Shown: positions 23,200 through 34,043 of the stretch, one piece after another
Position numbering within the stretch: the stretch's first letter is position 1
Layout: the number at the start of each line of letters is the position of its first letter
Source of the DNA: Octopus bimaculoides
Lineage: Eukaryota
Assembly (NCBI RefSeq): GCF_001194135.2
Contig: NC_069008.1
Coordinates: 7,841,119 to 7,875,161 of the forward strand
Direction: 5' to 3'
DNA: 34,043 nucleotides
The notes under the pieces: model-generated
Seen by the model: the letters and a program-made list of their open reading frames with translations, nothing else
Told to the model about the DNA's origin: nothing
Database searches by the model: none
Position numbers and translations under genes: made by a program

Positions 23200-23522
23200 T
23201 TTAAAGATTTTTTGTGTAAAGATGGAACAATGTGAGAAGGTACAAAGTAAACTACTAAACGAAAAGGAAAAAAAAATGAAAATAGAAGTTGCAGTTTTAC
23301 TTAGTATTTTCTACATTTTGGTGTTATAACCCCTTCTTCAGGACATTTGAAAAGGTGAGAGATGAAAAAGTTGTTGCTCAGCTGTCCTGAAGAAGGGGTT
23401 ATAACCCTAAAATATAAAAATGCAAGGTAAGACTGCAACTTTGTTTTGTTTTCCTTTTCTTTTTGTAGTTTACTGTGTACCTTCTCACATTGTTCCAGCT
23501 TTACACAATAACATTCTTTAAA
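23200..23522. repeat. Fold-back element with ~145-bp arms and decayed hammerhead motifs
   Basis: tttaaag...cttcttcaggaca / tgtcctgaagaag...ctttaaa with a 37-nt spacer. Confidence 0.9.
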
Positions 23523-23833
23523 ATACGTATATTCTTTTACTTGTTTCTGTATACATACGCGCGTGTGTGTGTGTGTGTGTATGTGTGTGTGTGTTTGTGT
23601 GCAAATATATGCATGTTCTTGATTGAACTGTACTAGGATGATTGGCATTACAGCCATGTATGTGTGTGTGTATATATATATATATATCTATACACATGTT
23701 TATGTATTTATTTTGCAAGATTCCTGATGTGAAATCACGTGTTGTAACAGGTATTGTTATATTCCAACATAACCATTTTTTTTACCTTCTTGCCAAATAA
23801 ACACATGCACAAAGTATTCATTCTTCACTTGTT

Positions 23834-24168
23834 TATTCTTATCCTTATTTTATGTCCATTGTCTGGAAATCTTTCACCTATGGCCTCTTCAATGACTCTC
23901 CATCCCATGTATCTCCTCCTGTTCTGTTTAGTCCATTCTGTCTTTCTATGTGTATCCTTACCTGTGCATGCATTTGGTTTGCCAAAACTACTCCACTGTA
24001 TATGTGTTTGTATACAAAACACATGCACAGGTAAGGACACACATCATATAGAAAGATAGAATTGGACTAAACAAAACAGGAGACACATGGGATGGAGAGT
24101 CACTGAAGAGGTCACTGGTGTGTGAGGAAAGATCTCCAGACAATGGACATAAAATAAGAATAATAATA
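23834..24168. repeat. Fold-back element with ~135-bp arms
   Basis: tattctt...cctgtgcatg / catgcacagg...aagaata with a ~50-nt spacer. Confidence 0.88.
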
Positions 24169-25384
24169 ATCATAAATAATATCTGAAGTGAAGGATGAAT
24201 ATATTGTGCATGTATTTATTTGGTATGGAAAACAAATGACTACCCTGAAATATAACAATATGTGTGTGTATTTATATATACACACACACACACACACACA
24301 CAGCCATGATTCAGCTTTTCTTCTGCTGTGTATTGGCAACATTATCCAATATATTTGGCTATTTTGTTAGTTTTACTTTTTAAGTTAAGTTGAGATTCAA
24401 CATATTACCAGCAAGTTGAGCAACCATTCTGCGATACTATCTTTGGCTCATTTTATGTGTGAGTGTGGGAGGGAGCATGTACATGTGGCTGTGTGTGCTC
24501 ATGTGGAGGGGGCATATAAATGTGTAGCTCTATCATTATGTGAAGGTGGTCTGTAAATGCATGGTTATGTGTGTCTGTGTGCACATAAGCCCTAAGACAG
24601 CTCCAACCATCCTTTGTCTTGTCTTTCCTTCAGACATAGTCTATCAACAACCACATAATCCAATATATTATATTTTAATAAGACAATAGGTCATGGTTTG
24701 AGTGAGTCTTAGCTACTCTTTCTAGCAGGTCAAGCAACCACACAGTGGCTTCCTTGTTGAGAGATATGGAGATAAGGGATTGGAGCAGAAAGAGACATTG
24801 GTAGATTGATGTGGAAAACAACACGGGTGGATTCAAGTGTGGGTGCACAAGAGGCAGGGGTAGATTGAGGTGAAAGTGATGAATGGGTGTAGAAAGAGTA
24901 TAGGTGGCAGTGAAGGTGCAGTTGTGGTAGGAGGATGCAGAATGGTCAATGGTGGTGGTGGTGAGGTCACCTGATGTCTACATTTAAGATGGTAAGAGGT
25001 GACGATTTCAGGGAGGTTTAGGTGTGTGTCATGTCCCATGCTCTCTTAGTTCAAGCATGCATGTATATATGGAATATAATTGGGCACAGGCCTGGTTGGA
25101 AGATTAAGGGGTTCACTTCATAAACATTAGGAGACAGGTTCAATTCTACCAATTGGCATTTTAGGTTAAGTGTCTTCTGCTCTCATTTCAGATATATCCC
25201 AGCCCAGTGGGAGAATTTAAGGTAGATGGGCACTTTGTGAAAGCTATTTACAATTTAACCCCTTTGCATTTAAACCAGTAATTTCCAACCCAAATACTCT
25301 ACCAGATTTATGTTCAAACTAGCCAGATACAGTACCCTTACACTTACCCTACAATATCATTTTCAAAATAAACAATCACATAGG

Positions 25385-25515
25385 TACAGGTGTGGCCATG
25401 TTGTAAAAAGTTTGCTTCCCAACCACATGGTTCTGGGTTCAGTCCCACTACATGGCACCTTGGGCAAGCCTTGTGAGTGGATTTGGCAAATGAAAACTGA
25501 AAGAAGCCCATTGTA
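25385..25515 (+). mobile_element. SINE family A, internal deletion
   Basis: Homologous to 396-557. Confidence 0.75.
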
Positions 25516-26552
25516 TAAATATTTGTAAAAAAGGGTAAAGATCCCCTTCGGTCATGAATGACCATGGGATTGCACCTAGAAAGTTACCCTCTGAGGCACA
25601 GGTTGTTTGTGGAAGACCAGCAGTCACCCATGCAGGTGATGCTGTCCAAGCTTGGCACCAGTCATGTTGCAACTCATTTCTACAGCAACATGAAATAAAG
25701 TGTCTTGCTCAAGAACTCAACACACAGCCTGGTCCAGGAATGAAACTCACTACATCATGAGTGTGAGCCCAACGCTCTCGCCACTGAACCATGCACCTTC
25801 ACACACACACGAAATGATTGTGAGCAAAGTCATTGGTTCAAATTCACCACTGGCATTTTATTGTGCTTGTGTTGCCCATTATAGTCTATACTGCTCCAGT
25901 TTACCTGTCTTTCAGGGTGAACTGGTATGACATCGGTGTATATGAACCCAATGCCACTTTCTACAAAGCTATCACCTTACCAACATATACAAACACTATA
26001 GTCTTCTCTGTACACACATGTATGTGTGAGTGTGTGTGTCTAGACAAGGGGACACACAGATATAAACACATGCATACACATTCACACATGGAACAGTCTT
26101 TTTTCAGTTTGCTCCTGTCAAACCCATTCACAAAGCTTTGGTCACCCCAGGGCTATAATTAAAAACATTTGCCAAAAGTGCTGTGCTATGTGATTGGACA
26201 GGAACTTTCCTAGGTGCAATCCCATGGGCAATCATGACTGAAGGATGTGTGTGTCATATGGATATATAGGCTCAAGGTGGAGTACTTATTCAACTACACA
26301 TCACACCAAAGTATCCCTATATTTTCTGGTGCAGTTGCTCCGATAATATACACCCAGTATGCAATCAGATGTTGCTTCATCTGATCCTGGAGGTCTACTA
26401 CCATTGGCTGGTTCCCAAAGTAGTTGTTTCCCCTGCTATAAACGGGCAGATGATAGGAGGGTCCAGAATCTGAAGTAAAATGCTGAGAGCCAGAACAGAT
26501 TCTCTGATGCCACCTAACTGAGCAGTAAAGAAGCTTATCTTGCAAGCATAGA

Positions 26553-26623
26553 GGGATATATATTTTATTGGTAGAGTATTTGACTGCATATTGAGACCCC
26601 CTCCTTCAAATCCAGGTGTCCCC
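26553..26623 (+). pseudogene. tRNA-Cys(GCA) pseudogene
   Basis: gggatata...tggtagagtatttgactgcatattgagacccc.tccttcaaatccaggtgtcccc aligns to eukaryotic tRNA-Cys; anticodon GCA at 26586-26588; D and T arms damaged. Confidence 0.75.
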
Positions 26624-27065
26624 GTATTTTCTAGTGCTGTTGCCCCGAATTATACAAAGCCAGTACAACCTATAGTGTGGACTGCTTGTTGTTATGAAGG
26701 ACATCCAACCCATAGAATGAAACTAAATATGAAGCAAGTGTAAGAGATAGGGTCCTCCAACACATCTAGGAGAACAGTAACTACAAATATAATCTTGAAA
26801 GACATCCTACATATGTTAGTATGGAAAGCAGATATATAGTGTTGATGATAATGATAATATATGTTGGTGTGTTCATGAATTCATTATAATTTTATCGACA
26901 CTGACAAAGTATTGAGTGCATTCTTCAGTTGATGTTCATTGTTTTTTATGCATATAAGAACATACTTCCAATATCTATCTATCTATCTATCTATCTATAC
27001 ATATATATATATCATCATTTAACGTCTGTTGTCCATGCTGGCATGGGCTGGATGATTTATATATA

Positions 27066-27278
27066 CAGGGTTGGCCAAAAGATTAAAACAAAAAATTATT
27101 TTATGAGACTTCGCTAATAAATAGACAAATGTTGAAAAAAAAAAAAAAAAAAAAAAAAAGGTGGTTTTTAACTCACAGCATTCAATTATTAAACATTCAT
27201 AATTGGAATGAATAAATTAAGTTGAATATTAAGTATTTACGAAATTTTCATTTGTCGGGTGACTTTTGGCCAACCCTG
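27066..27278. mobile_element. Tc1/mariner-type MITE
   Basis: Perfect 16-bp TIRs cagggttggccaaaag / cttttggccaaccctg inserted in a TA tract; no ORF. Confidence 0.85.
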
Positions 27279-27295
27279 TGTATATATACATATAC

Positions 27296-27335
<40 letters not shown>

Positions 27336-27409
27336 TGGATGAGTGTATGTATGGGTGTACATGTGCATGCAATATATAGATTGTATGTCACACACATGCA
27401 AATACATAC

Positions 27410-27449
<40 letters not shown>

Positions 27450-27599
27450 ATGTGAGAGAATATGTGTTAGTCTCTATCTACTGAGCTACAGAAAAATGTT
27501 AAAGTATATATTAAAAATATAAAAAAAAAGATAAAAATACAAATCCTCAAAAAAGATAACTGTGGGTGTATGTGTGGGGGGAAGGGAAACTCTGGAGTG

Positions 27600-28000
27600 A
27601 CGAAGGGAGTAGGGAACCATACTCGAGCCTAAAAAGACCAAGTTTGGATCGAATATGTTTATATGTTGGAGATTAGGGCTGGGTCAATGTGCTGGAGTTG
27701 TAATCTATTATTTTTTTAAGGTTCTATACTTCTGGATAAGGGATGTCTTTGGGGATTGTTTTTCTTAAAAAAAAAAAAAACTTTGCTAGAGATGCATTTT
27801 AGAGGTTTTAAGAGTGGTTGGGTGCTGGATGTGAGTTTCCCTTTAGAGAGGGACCAGCATTAGATTTATGGTATGTCTGAATACAGGGGCAGTTGTGGGA
27901 TTAGGGGTCAAGGTTATGGAAATGAGTTTGTTAAGTGTTTCTACTTTGGACTTTTTTTTTTATGGTGATGGATTTCATGTTCTGATTGTATTTTAGAAGA
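27600..28000 (-). mobile_element. Possible highly degenerate Penelope-like RT C-terminal fragment
   Basis: Weak motif resemblance only (KGKLTSST..., IPKDIPYPE) to the PLE STY.KPT...SIPYS region. Confidence 0.3.
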
Positions 28001-28283
28001 GATGAGTTAGGTACCAACTAGGGGATAGTAATTTTGGAAGAATATTATATACCTAGTTGTATTATAGGTAAGAAGTGGGCTCTGTCATTGGGTGGCTCCA
28101 TCCAAGTCAGGATTGATCAAGTAGACCTATGACCAAAGACATTCTAGCAGTGCCCACCCCAACCTTTTCCTAAATGCAAGGAACCCAGAATAACATTATT
28201 TGATATGACCCTTTTTAAGACACTGTGGATAATTCAAGGGAGATTTGCTTGCTATTTCCACCATCCCAAGCATTCACTTACAG

Positions 28284-28613
28284 CAATGATTCTCAACCAT
28301 TTTTTTATCGATGAACCCCTTTGATTACTATTTTACTTTGGTGGACCCCTATAACCATTGGATGTTTAAAAACTAGTTTTATACACGCTTCTTTCAAAAT
28401 CCTTATTTTGTTTCTCATACATTCACTTGCATCTTTTGAATTATGTAAATCATTAGAGAAAGAAGCCTTGCAATAAATACATCTAAACCAAAATTTTTTC
28501 ATGGACCCTCAAAATACTACTGTGCATCCCCAATTTACTATTTTGTCTGCGTGGATCCCCCAAAATCTTATATGGACCCAAGGGGTCAAATGGACCCCAC
28601 TTGAGAACCACTA
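28284..28613 (+). mobile_element. hAT (Charlie-like) MITE, copy 1
   Basis: Ends caatgattctcaacc / ttgagaaccacta; 8-bp TSD acttacag / acttagag (7/8). Confidence 0.85.
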
Positions 28614-29044
28614 ACTTAGAGGCTTCTTTGTGGGTTTTGTGCCAGGGTTTTGCTGCTTTTAGCCCCAAATCAAAAGCTCAAATCAAAGACATCCCAACTA
28701 TGACCATCTCATCTGTCATTCAGATATAGTGCATCTTATACTGAACATACTTTTCCTTGTTAACTTTTTTGATGCCAATCCAACAAAGACCACACAGAGT
28801 CTTTGATACAAACTCCTTGTTTTATATTTTTTCTATTTGTTTCAGTTGTTTTAATGTGGCCATGCTGGGGCACTACCTTGAAGGGTTTTAGTCAAACAAA
28901 TCAAACCCAAGATTTGTTTTTTTAAGCCTTATTCTATCAATCTCTTTTGCCAAATTCTGCTGTTATGGGGATATAAATACACCAACACCGTTTTATCAAG
29001 CAGTGGTGAGGGGACAAACACATACACATTTATATACATGTACA

Positions 29045-29198
29045 ATGGGCTTTTCCAAACTTCTGTCTACCAAATCTACTCACAAGGCTTAGCCAAAGGC
29101 TATAGTAGAAGACACTTGTCCAAGGTAGCATGCAGTGGGACTGAACCTGGAACCATGTGGCTGGGAAGCAAACCTTACCACACAGCCATGCCTGCGCC
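29045..29198 (-). mobile_element. SINE family A
   Basis: Homologous to 396-557. Confidence 0.8.
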
Positions 29199-29434
29199 TA
29201 TAATAGCACATTATTCTTTTACTTGTTTCAGTCATTTGACCGTGGTCATGCTGGAGCACCACCTCGAAGAGATTTAGGTGAACAAATCGACCCCAAGACT
29301 TATTTTTCAAGCCTAATACTTATCCTATTGGTCTCTTTTGCCAAACACCGTAAAGTTATGGGGATGTAAACACACTAACACCAGTTGTCAAGCTGTGATT
29401 GTGGGGGACAAACACAAATACTCATATATATGAT

Positions 29435-29570
29435 ACGCTTCTTTCAGTTTCCGTCTACCAAATCCACTCCCAAGGATTTGGTCAGCCTGAGGCTATATCA
29501 GAAGACACTTGCCCAAGGTGCCATGCAGTGGGACTGAACCCGGAACCATGTGGTTGGGAAAGCAAGCTGG
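29435..29570 (-). mobile_element. SINE family A
   Basis: Homologous to 396-557. Confidence 0.8.
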
Positions 29571-29574
29571 CCTG

Positions 29575-30520
29575 ACCATATTCTTAAGAGGTAGGTGAAC
29601 CTATCCTTTTATATACTCTGGACCTCTTATACAGGTAGGAGGAAAGGAGAATGTTATTTCTCAAACCAGTATCCCAGCCTGAATGTTTGCAATATAGTAA
29701 ACTCCAATAAAAGCACCTGGGGACCGGGTGATTCTGTTAAACCAGACAAGACATACAACCACAAGGCCCAGCCCTTGTTGATGATTTAGGCTTGAGTGCC
29801 TAAATCATTCTGCGAGCTATGACTGAAGCACAAGCTCTTGGTAGGTCCCCCTTGTCTTGCCTTGTCCTGTAACAGCATTTACTTAGGAGGGGTTAAGTTG
29901 GCTTCTATTGTGTTCAATGTATCACAGATCAAGGTGGTTCACACGTTTTTCGGCTGCTGTTTCGGCAGTGTGTTGAAACCATTCCTGGTTCCAACAAAGA
30001 ATGCCAAAAACTCGAGGGCTGGAACTGAGCCCCATATCTACTTTGACTGTTGTGAGCTGACCACCTCTCTGTTTAAGCCAATCCAGAGGAAGATCTGGTG
30101 CTATCACCTTCTGGACAAGTTTATCATGGGGGTGCCACAATGTGTGACTAAATCCCCATAGTCTCCTCATCAAAAGAGTCTCCTCAAGATGCGAGAGATT
30201 GCAGCAAGTATAAAGTTGTTGGTTCAAAAGCAGTCAGATATACAGTCGGAGAAGACAACAAATACAGAAGTGATTGAAGACCTCCAACTTCTGGAGATCA
30301 GCAATACGCATTGGCCAGGTCTTACAACCATTTGGACGAGTGTCTGGTAAATATGGCATTTTGTCATGAGGTGGATTTCCCAACACAACCACAAGCACTT
30401 ATGGAGGCAGTAGAAGGCCAACTGCATGCGATTGAGCTGAATGGAGATCTTGTCCTTATTAAGTCCTCCCATACTGGAAAGGTCAAAGGATAGAGACCAG
30501 ATTAATAGGGACCTTCTCTT
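29575..30520 (-). mobile_element. Decayed RTE-1-like LINE 3' fragment
   Basis: Broken frames give NGCKTWPMRIADLQKLEVFNH and RRLWGFSHTLWHPHDKLVQKVIAPDLPLDWLKQRGGQ, cf. RTE YGCETW..., RRLRWLGH... and W.R.RGGQ. Confidence 0.8.
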
Positions 30521-31229
30521 CTTAAAAATAAAAATAAATCTACATAGGGCCAACACCCCTACTTAGATAAGGTAAAATTACAGAAACATCAACGACAATT
30601 CAAAACCAACAAGACCTGGCAGAAGAAACAGAACGAAACCCTTTAGCATTTAAACTGACCATAACCAACCAAAATATTCTGCCTCTGTCATGTTCAAACT
30701 AGCCAGATCTGGCTTCTCACACCAACCCTACAATGTCATTCTAACAATTATTAGTTACCATATCAAAATCTCATAGCTACAAGATAATTCATGATTAATT
30801 CAAATCAATGTGAATAAAAAAGCATTACTTTTGATAGAATAATGTGAAATTGTGGAAGGTCTTTGCTCCATAGGAAGCAAAGGGCTTAAGTAAGACAACA
30901 GTGAGTCTACCAATGATTGCGATAAATACCACAAGGTATACTTCCTCTAATGCTCTAACAATCCTACTAATCCATTACCCTGGATCGGCACTTTTTTCCT
31001 TATTAATCCCAGAAGAAAGCAAAGCTGACCTTGGTAGGATTTGAACTCAGTGCAGAGAGCTGATTTAGAAACTGTGAGAGGGTTTGTCCTACACTGAGAC
31101 AACTCTGCCAATTCACCAGTTCTGAGGGGGGAAATATATGAGGTTATGATATATTTTGGTAACAAGATGGATTCTGTGCCAGTGTATTTGGAGAGTAAGG
31201 AGAGATATGGATTATGTACCTGGATGGAT

Positions 31230-31530
31230 TTGAGAATGGGTAGAGAACAGAGGGCTGTGTGTTGGTGTGTTTAAATGGCCAAGGAAAGATGGGTTGTATA
31301 TGTTGCTGTACATGATGCTGGGGTAGAGAGTATAAGGCTTGCTGTGTGTTGGTGTGTTTAAATGGAGAGGGAAAAGTGGGATGTATGCGGAGGGTAGGAA
31401 GAGAGAGAGAGAGAGAAAAATGAGAAGAGCTCTGAATGAATTTTGGAGGTTGGGTAGAGAGGTGGGATAGAGTAAGTGGGGTAAAGAGATGAGGGCTCCG
31501 TGTGTTGATGAGTTTAAAGGGGCAGGGGAA
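31230..31530. repeat. Degenerate purine-rich tandem repeat
   Basis: gggtagaga....gggctgtgtgttggtgtgtttaaatgg recurs two to three times. Confidence 0.55.
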
Positions 31531-31601
31531 AGAGGAGTTACAGGGCTCAGTTAAGAGGAAGAGTTAAATTTTGTTTGTTTTTGGTTATATATAGACGTTA
31601 C

Positions 31602-31742
31602 CTCGCCCTCATTGATACACCCGCTAGTGGACTTCGCCAGAAAACACAGCCCCACACTGCTGCTGCTGCTGCTACCACCACTGTTGCTGCTGCTGCTGGA
31701 ATTGACGTGGGTCTTGGAGCAGCTGACCGATTCTGTGGACAG
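31602..31742 (-). CDS. Candidate 141-nt symmetric exon (Ser-rich), or alternative first exon, within the CYRI locus
   Basis: ctctag acceptor and GAG|gtaacg donor; open phase-0 frame LSTESVSCSKTHVNSSSSSNSGGSSSSSSVGLCFLAKSTSGCINEGE; locally CpG-rich. No homology recognised. Confidence 0.35.
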
Positions 31743-31984
31743 CTAGAGATGTGTTGTGCAGACGACGAAGGAGGATGACGATGACGACAATAACGACGAC
31801 AACACACAAAAGGAAGGAAGGTGAAAAAAAAAATTAAAATAAAATAAATGTATATATGTATACATATATATATATATGTATATATATATCAAAAGTGACA
31901 CTGCCAAAACAATTTTTAAAAAAAGTAAGAGGTAGGGAAACAAAAAAAATATTGATGTTGCTGTCTTGTCCTTTTTATCTTTGA

Positions 31985-32205
31985 CCCTTTAAGTATTAAA
32001 ACTGGCCATATCTGGTCCAAATATTTTGCTTGTGTTAAGTTCAAACTGGCCAGATCTGGCCTCTCACACCAACCCTACAATGTCACTCTAAAAATAAACA
32101 ATCACATCATCAAAATCTCGAAGCTACGAGATAATGCATCATAATTCAAAACAAAGTGAATATAATAAGCATTACATTTAATTAAGAAATCTGAATGCTA
32201 AAGGA
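31985..32205 (+). mobile_element. piggyBac-like non-autonomous element (TTAA|CCCTTT...AAAGG|TTAA); partial copies at ~8140-8350, 25254-25380, 30638-30850
   Basis: Termini ttga|cccttt and aaagga|ttaa; the copy at 25254 starts ttaa|ccc; four homologous copies in the window. Confidence 0.6.
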
Positions 32206-32217
32206 TTAATATAAAAG

Positions 32218-32250
<33 letters not shown>

Positions 32251-32367
32251 GATAAGGAACAATATTTCTTTGAAACATGTACTAAAGACAACTATTTCCA
32301 GGTTAAATCTCTTTTTTTATTAAAGATGTTTTAGATTTCCTCATTAGCCTTTCGTGATTGTCTAGAG

Positions 32368-32694
32368 CAGAGGTCCTCAACCATTTTTTTACCTTTGGAT
32401 CCTTTTGGTTACTATTTTGTTCTGGNNNNNNNNNNTTGATGTTTAAAAACTAGTTTTATAGAAACTTGTTTCAAAATTCCTATTTTGTTTTCTTCACGTT
32501 AACTTCTGTAAGTTGAATTATGAAAAAAGTTGGAGAAAGAAACCTTGCTGTTTCTTGCAATACATACTAATATATACATCTAAAGCAAAATATTTTCAGG
32601 GGCCCTTAAAGTATTATTGTAGATCTGCAATTTAGTTGTTTGACCCCCCCCCCCCATCCCCAAATCTTATATGGACCCCGGTTGAGAACCACTG
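32368..32694 (+). mobile_element. hAT (Charlie-like) MITE, copy 2 of the same family
   Basis: Ends cagaggtcctcaacc / ggttgagaaccactg; TSD gtctagag / gtctaaaa (6/8); internal sequence homologous to 28284-28613. Confidence 0.85.
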
Positions 32695-33021
32695 GTCTAA
32701 AACAAAAACATTCCTCAATGGATTAATATTTCAAGACCTGGTCAGCTTCTGCATTACAAATGAAACTATAGCTGTGATGTGCTGTTGCTGCATGGTCGGA
32801 AGCAGTGAAGGATCATGGGAATAATCTAACTGAAATCTTGATTTTAAATTGTTTAACAGCTACATCCTGGTACTTCTACAGATGATTCTAGACGTGATGT
32901 ATCGGTATATATTTTATTATTAATTAAACTTCCATAGCTAAAGTATGTGTGCAGGTGAGACAAGCATATGAAACAAATACTCAAATCGGTTTTATGAGAA
33001 AGTATATATAAGTGCAGACAT

Positions 33022-33080
33022 GGCTGTGTGGGTATGGGAGGTGCAGGCATAGCTGTGTGGGTATGGGAGGTGCAAGCATG
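33022..33080 (+). repeat. ~29-bp tandem duplication containing a SINE-head-like sequence
   Basis: gctgtgtgggtatgggaggtgca.gcat repeated twice. Confidence 0.8.
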
Positions 33081-33537
33081 GGTATGCGGCTAGAGTTCAC
33101 TTTACTACCATGTGGTCTCATATTCTAACTCACAACACAGCACCTAGAGCAAAATAATGTGTTATATAGTAATTTCTGGCTAACCAATGACTTGTTTCAG
33201 AATTTGGGAAATAGAAACTGTAATACACGAGGGTTAGGGACCATCATATATTGCTTTTGCAGATTTCAGCCAAAGGCTGTGGCTATAATGGGGTACAATT
33301 AAATATATATATATATATATAGAAAATTATTAGAGGTTATGCAACCGTCTTAGGGATATGTGTATCCATAGGCACTATTATGTATAGTCCATGCTGTTAG
33401 GTTAACAATAGTTGGTAATTTAAAGGGTAAACCACGGTTTAATATATTCAGATAAAAAGAAGATAACACAAGAAGTGGAGCAACATGTAACAATTATAAG
33501 TCGATCATTAGTATTGAAAAATCATAATTTAATTATG

Positions 33538-33635
33538 GTCAAGATAACATTTACACCCGTTTCAGTTTGTTATTTTTGAGGTAAACTTGCGTTTATCTCG
33601 TTCTATGTAACAAACATCATCAGAATGACTTGAAC
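33538..33635 (-). ncRNA. Type I hammerhead ribozyme motif (left arm)
   Basis: UCAAG-U-CAUU CUGAUGA U GUUUGUUA..(GCAA-capped hairpin)..UAACAAAC U GAAA C GGGU GUA | AAUG-UUAU-CUUGA. Core intact; predicted cleavage between 33552 and 33551. Confidence 0.75.
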
Positions 33636-33810
33636 TTTCCCAGAGGAATACTGACAGGAGATCGAAGGTTGACAGGAGAAAAAAAAAGAGGAAAAGGTTC
33701 CTTAGGTCTTTAGGCTTACATTTTTACGTCCTTAAAAATATAAGTCTAAAGACCTAACGAACATTTTCCTTCTTCCATTTTTTTTCTCCTGTCAATATTC
33801 CTTTGGTAAA

Positions 33811-33908
33811 GTTCAAATCATTCTGATGATGTTTGTTATATGGAAGGAGTTAAATGCAAATTTACCTCAAAACTAACAAACTGAAACGGGTGTAAATATT
33901 ATCTTAAC
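33811..33908 (+). ncRNA. Type I hammerhead ribozyme motif (right arm)
   Basis: CUGAUGA 33823-33829, 8-bp stem II, GAAA 33883-33886, GUA 33892-33894; stem I weaker than in the left copy. Confidence 0.65.
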
Positions 33909-34006
33909 CATAATTAAATTATGATTATTCAATACTAATGATCAACTTCAAATTATTACATGTTGCTCCACTTCTTCTCTTATCTTATATATATATACAC
34001 ATACAT

Positions 34007-34043
<37 letters not shown>

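Larger units (their letters stand above)
33461..33985. repeat. Fold-back element, ~260-bp imperfect inverted arms with a ~6-nt loop
   Basis: Arms align end to end around cgtcct (~33727-33732). Confidence 0.92.

Noticed and set aside
25820-25960. Weak ~27-bp inverted similarity
   Set aside because: Too degenerate to distinguish from chance.
26398-26589. Minus-strand ORF with a hydrophobic, transporter-like look (SVLALSILLQILDPPIICPFIAG)
   Set aside because: No splice context or recognisable family; it overlaps the antisense of the tRNA-Cys pseudogene. Probably a chance ORF.
31575-31807. Listed poly-Ala ORFs on both strands
   Set aside because: Products of the (CTG)n/(CAG)n tract with non-ATG starts; only the splice-bounded frame was kept as a candidate.
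1-34043. CRISPR arrays, rRNA, operons or other prokaryotic systems
   Set aside because: The sequence is clearly eukaryotic and intronic; no regularly spaced direct repeats or such genes were seen.

Overview
Repeat-rich, AT-rich eukaryotic genomic DNA. The repeat families (RTE LINEs ending in (GAT)n, abundant tRNA-type SINEs, TA/CA/AG microsatellites) resemble octopus genomes; the species is an inference. The only recognisable host gene is a minus-strand CYRI/FAM49 gene with three clean coding exons (8466-8545, 4739-4865, 3756-3826). Its earlier exons and canonical last exon were not found in the called sequence, so almost the whole window is CYRI intron. That intron space holds a ~2.8 kb 5'-truncated RTE LINE with a PHD-like finger, other RTE, Dong/R4 and mariner relics, hAT/Tc1/piggyBac-like MITEs, many SINEs and a tRNA-Cys pseudogene. 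The most striking unexplained pattern is a set of fold-back (palindromic) elements from unrelated sequence families in which each arm carries a type I hammerhead-ribozyme motif pointing away from the centre. The best examples are 33461-33985 and 10068-10254, the latter with a U3-A8 core variant. All folds were done by eye and no database searches were possible.
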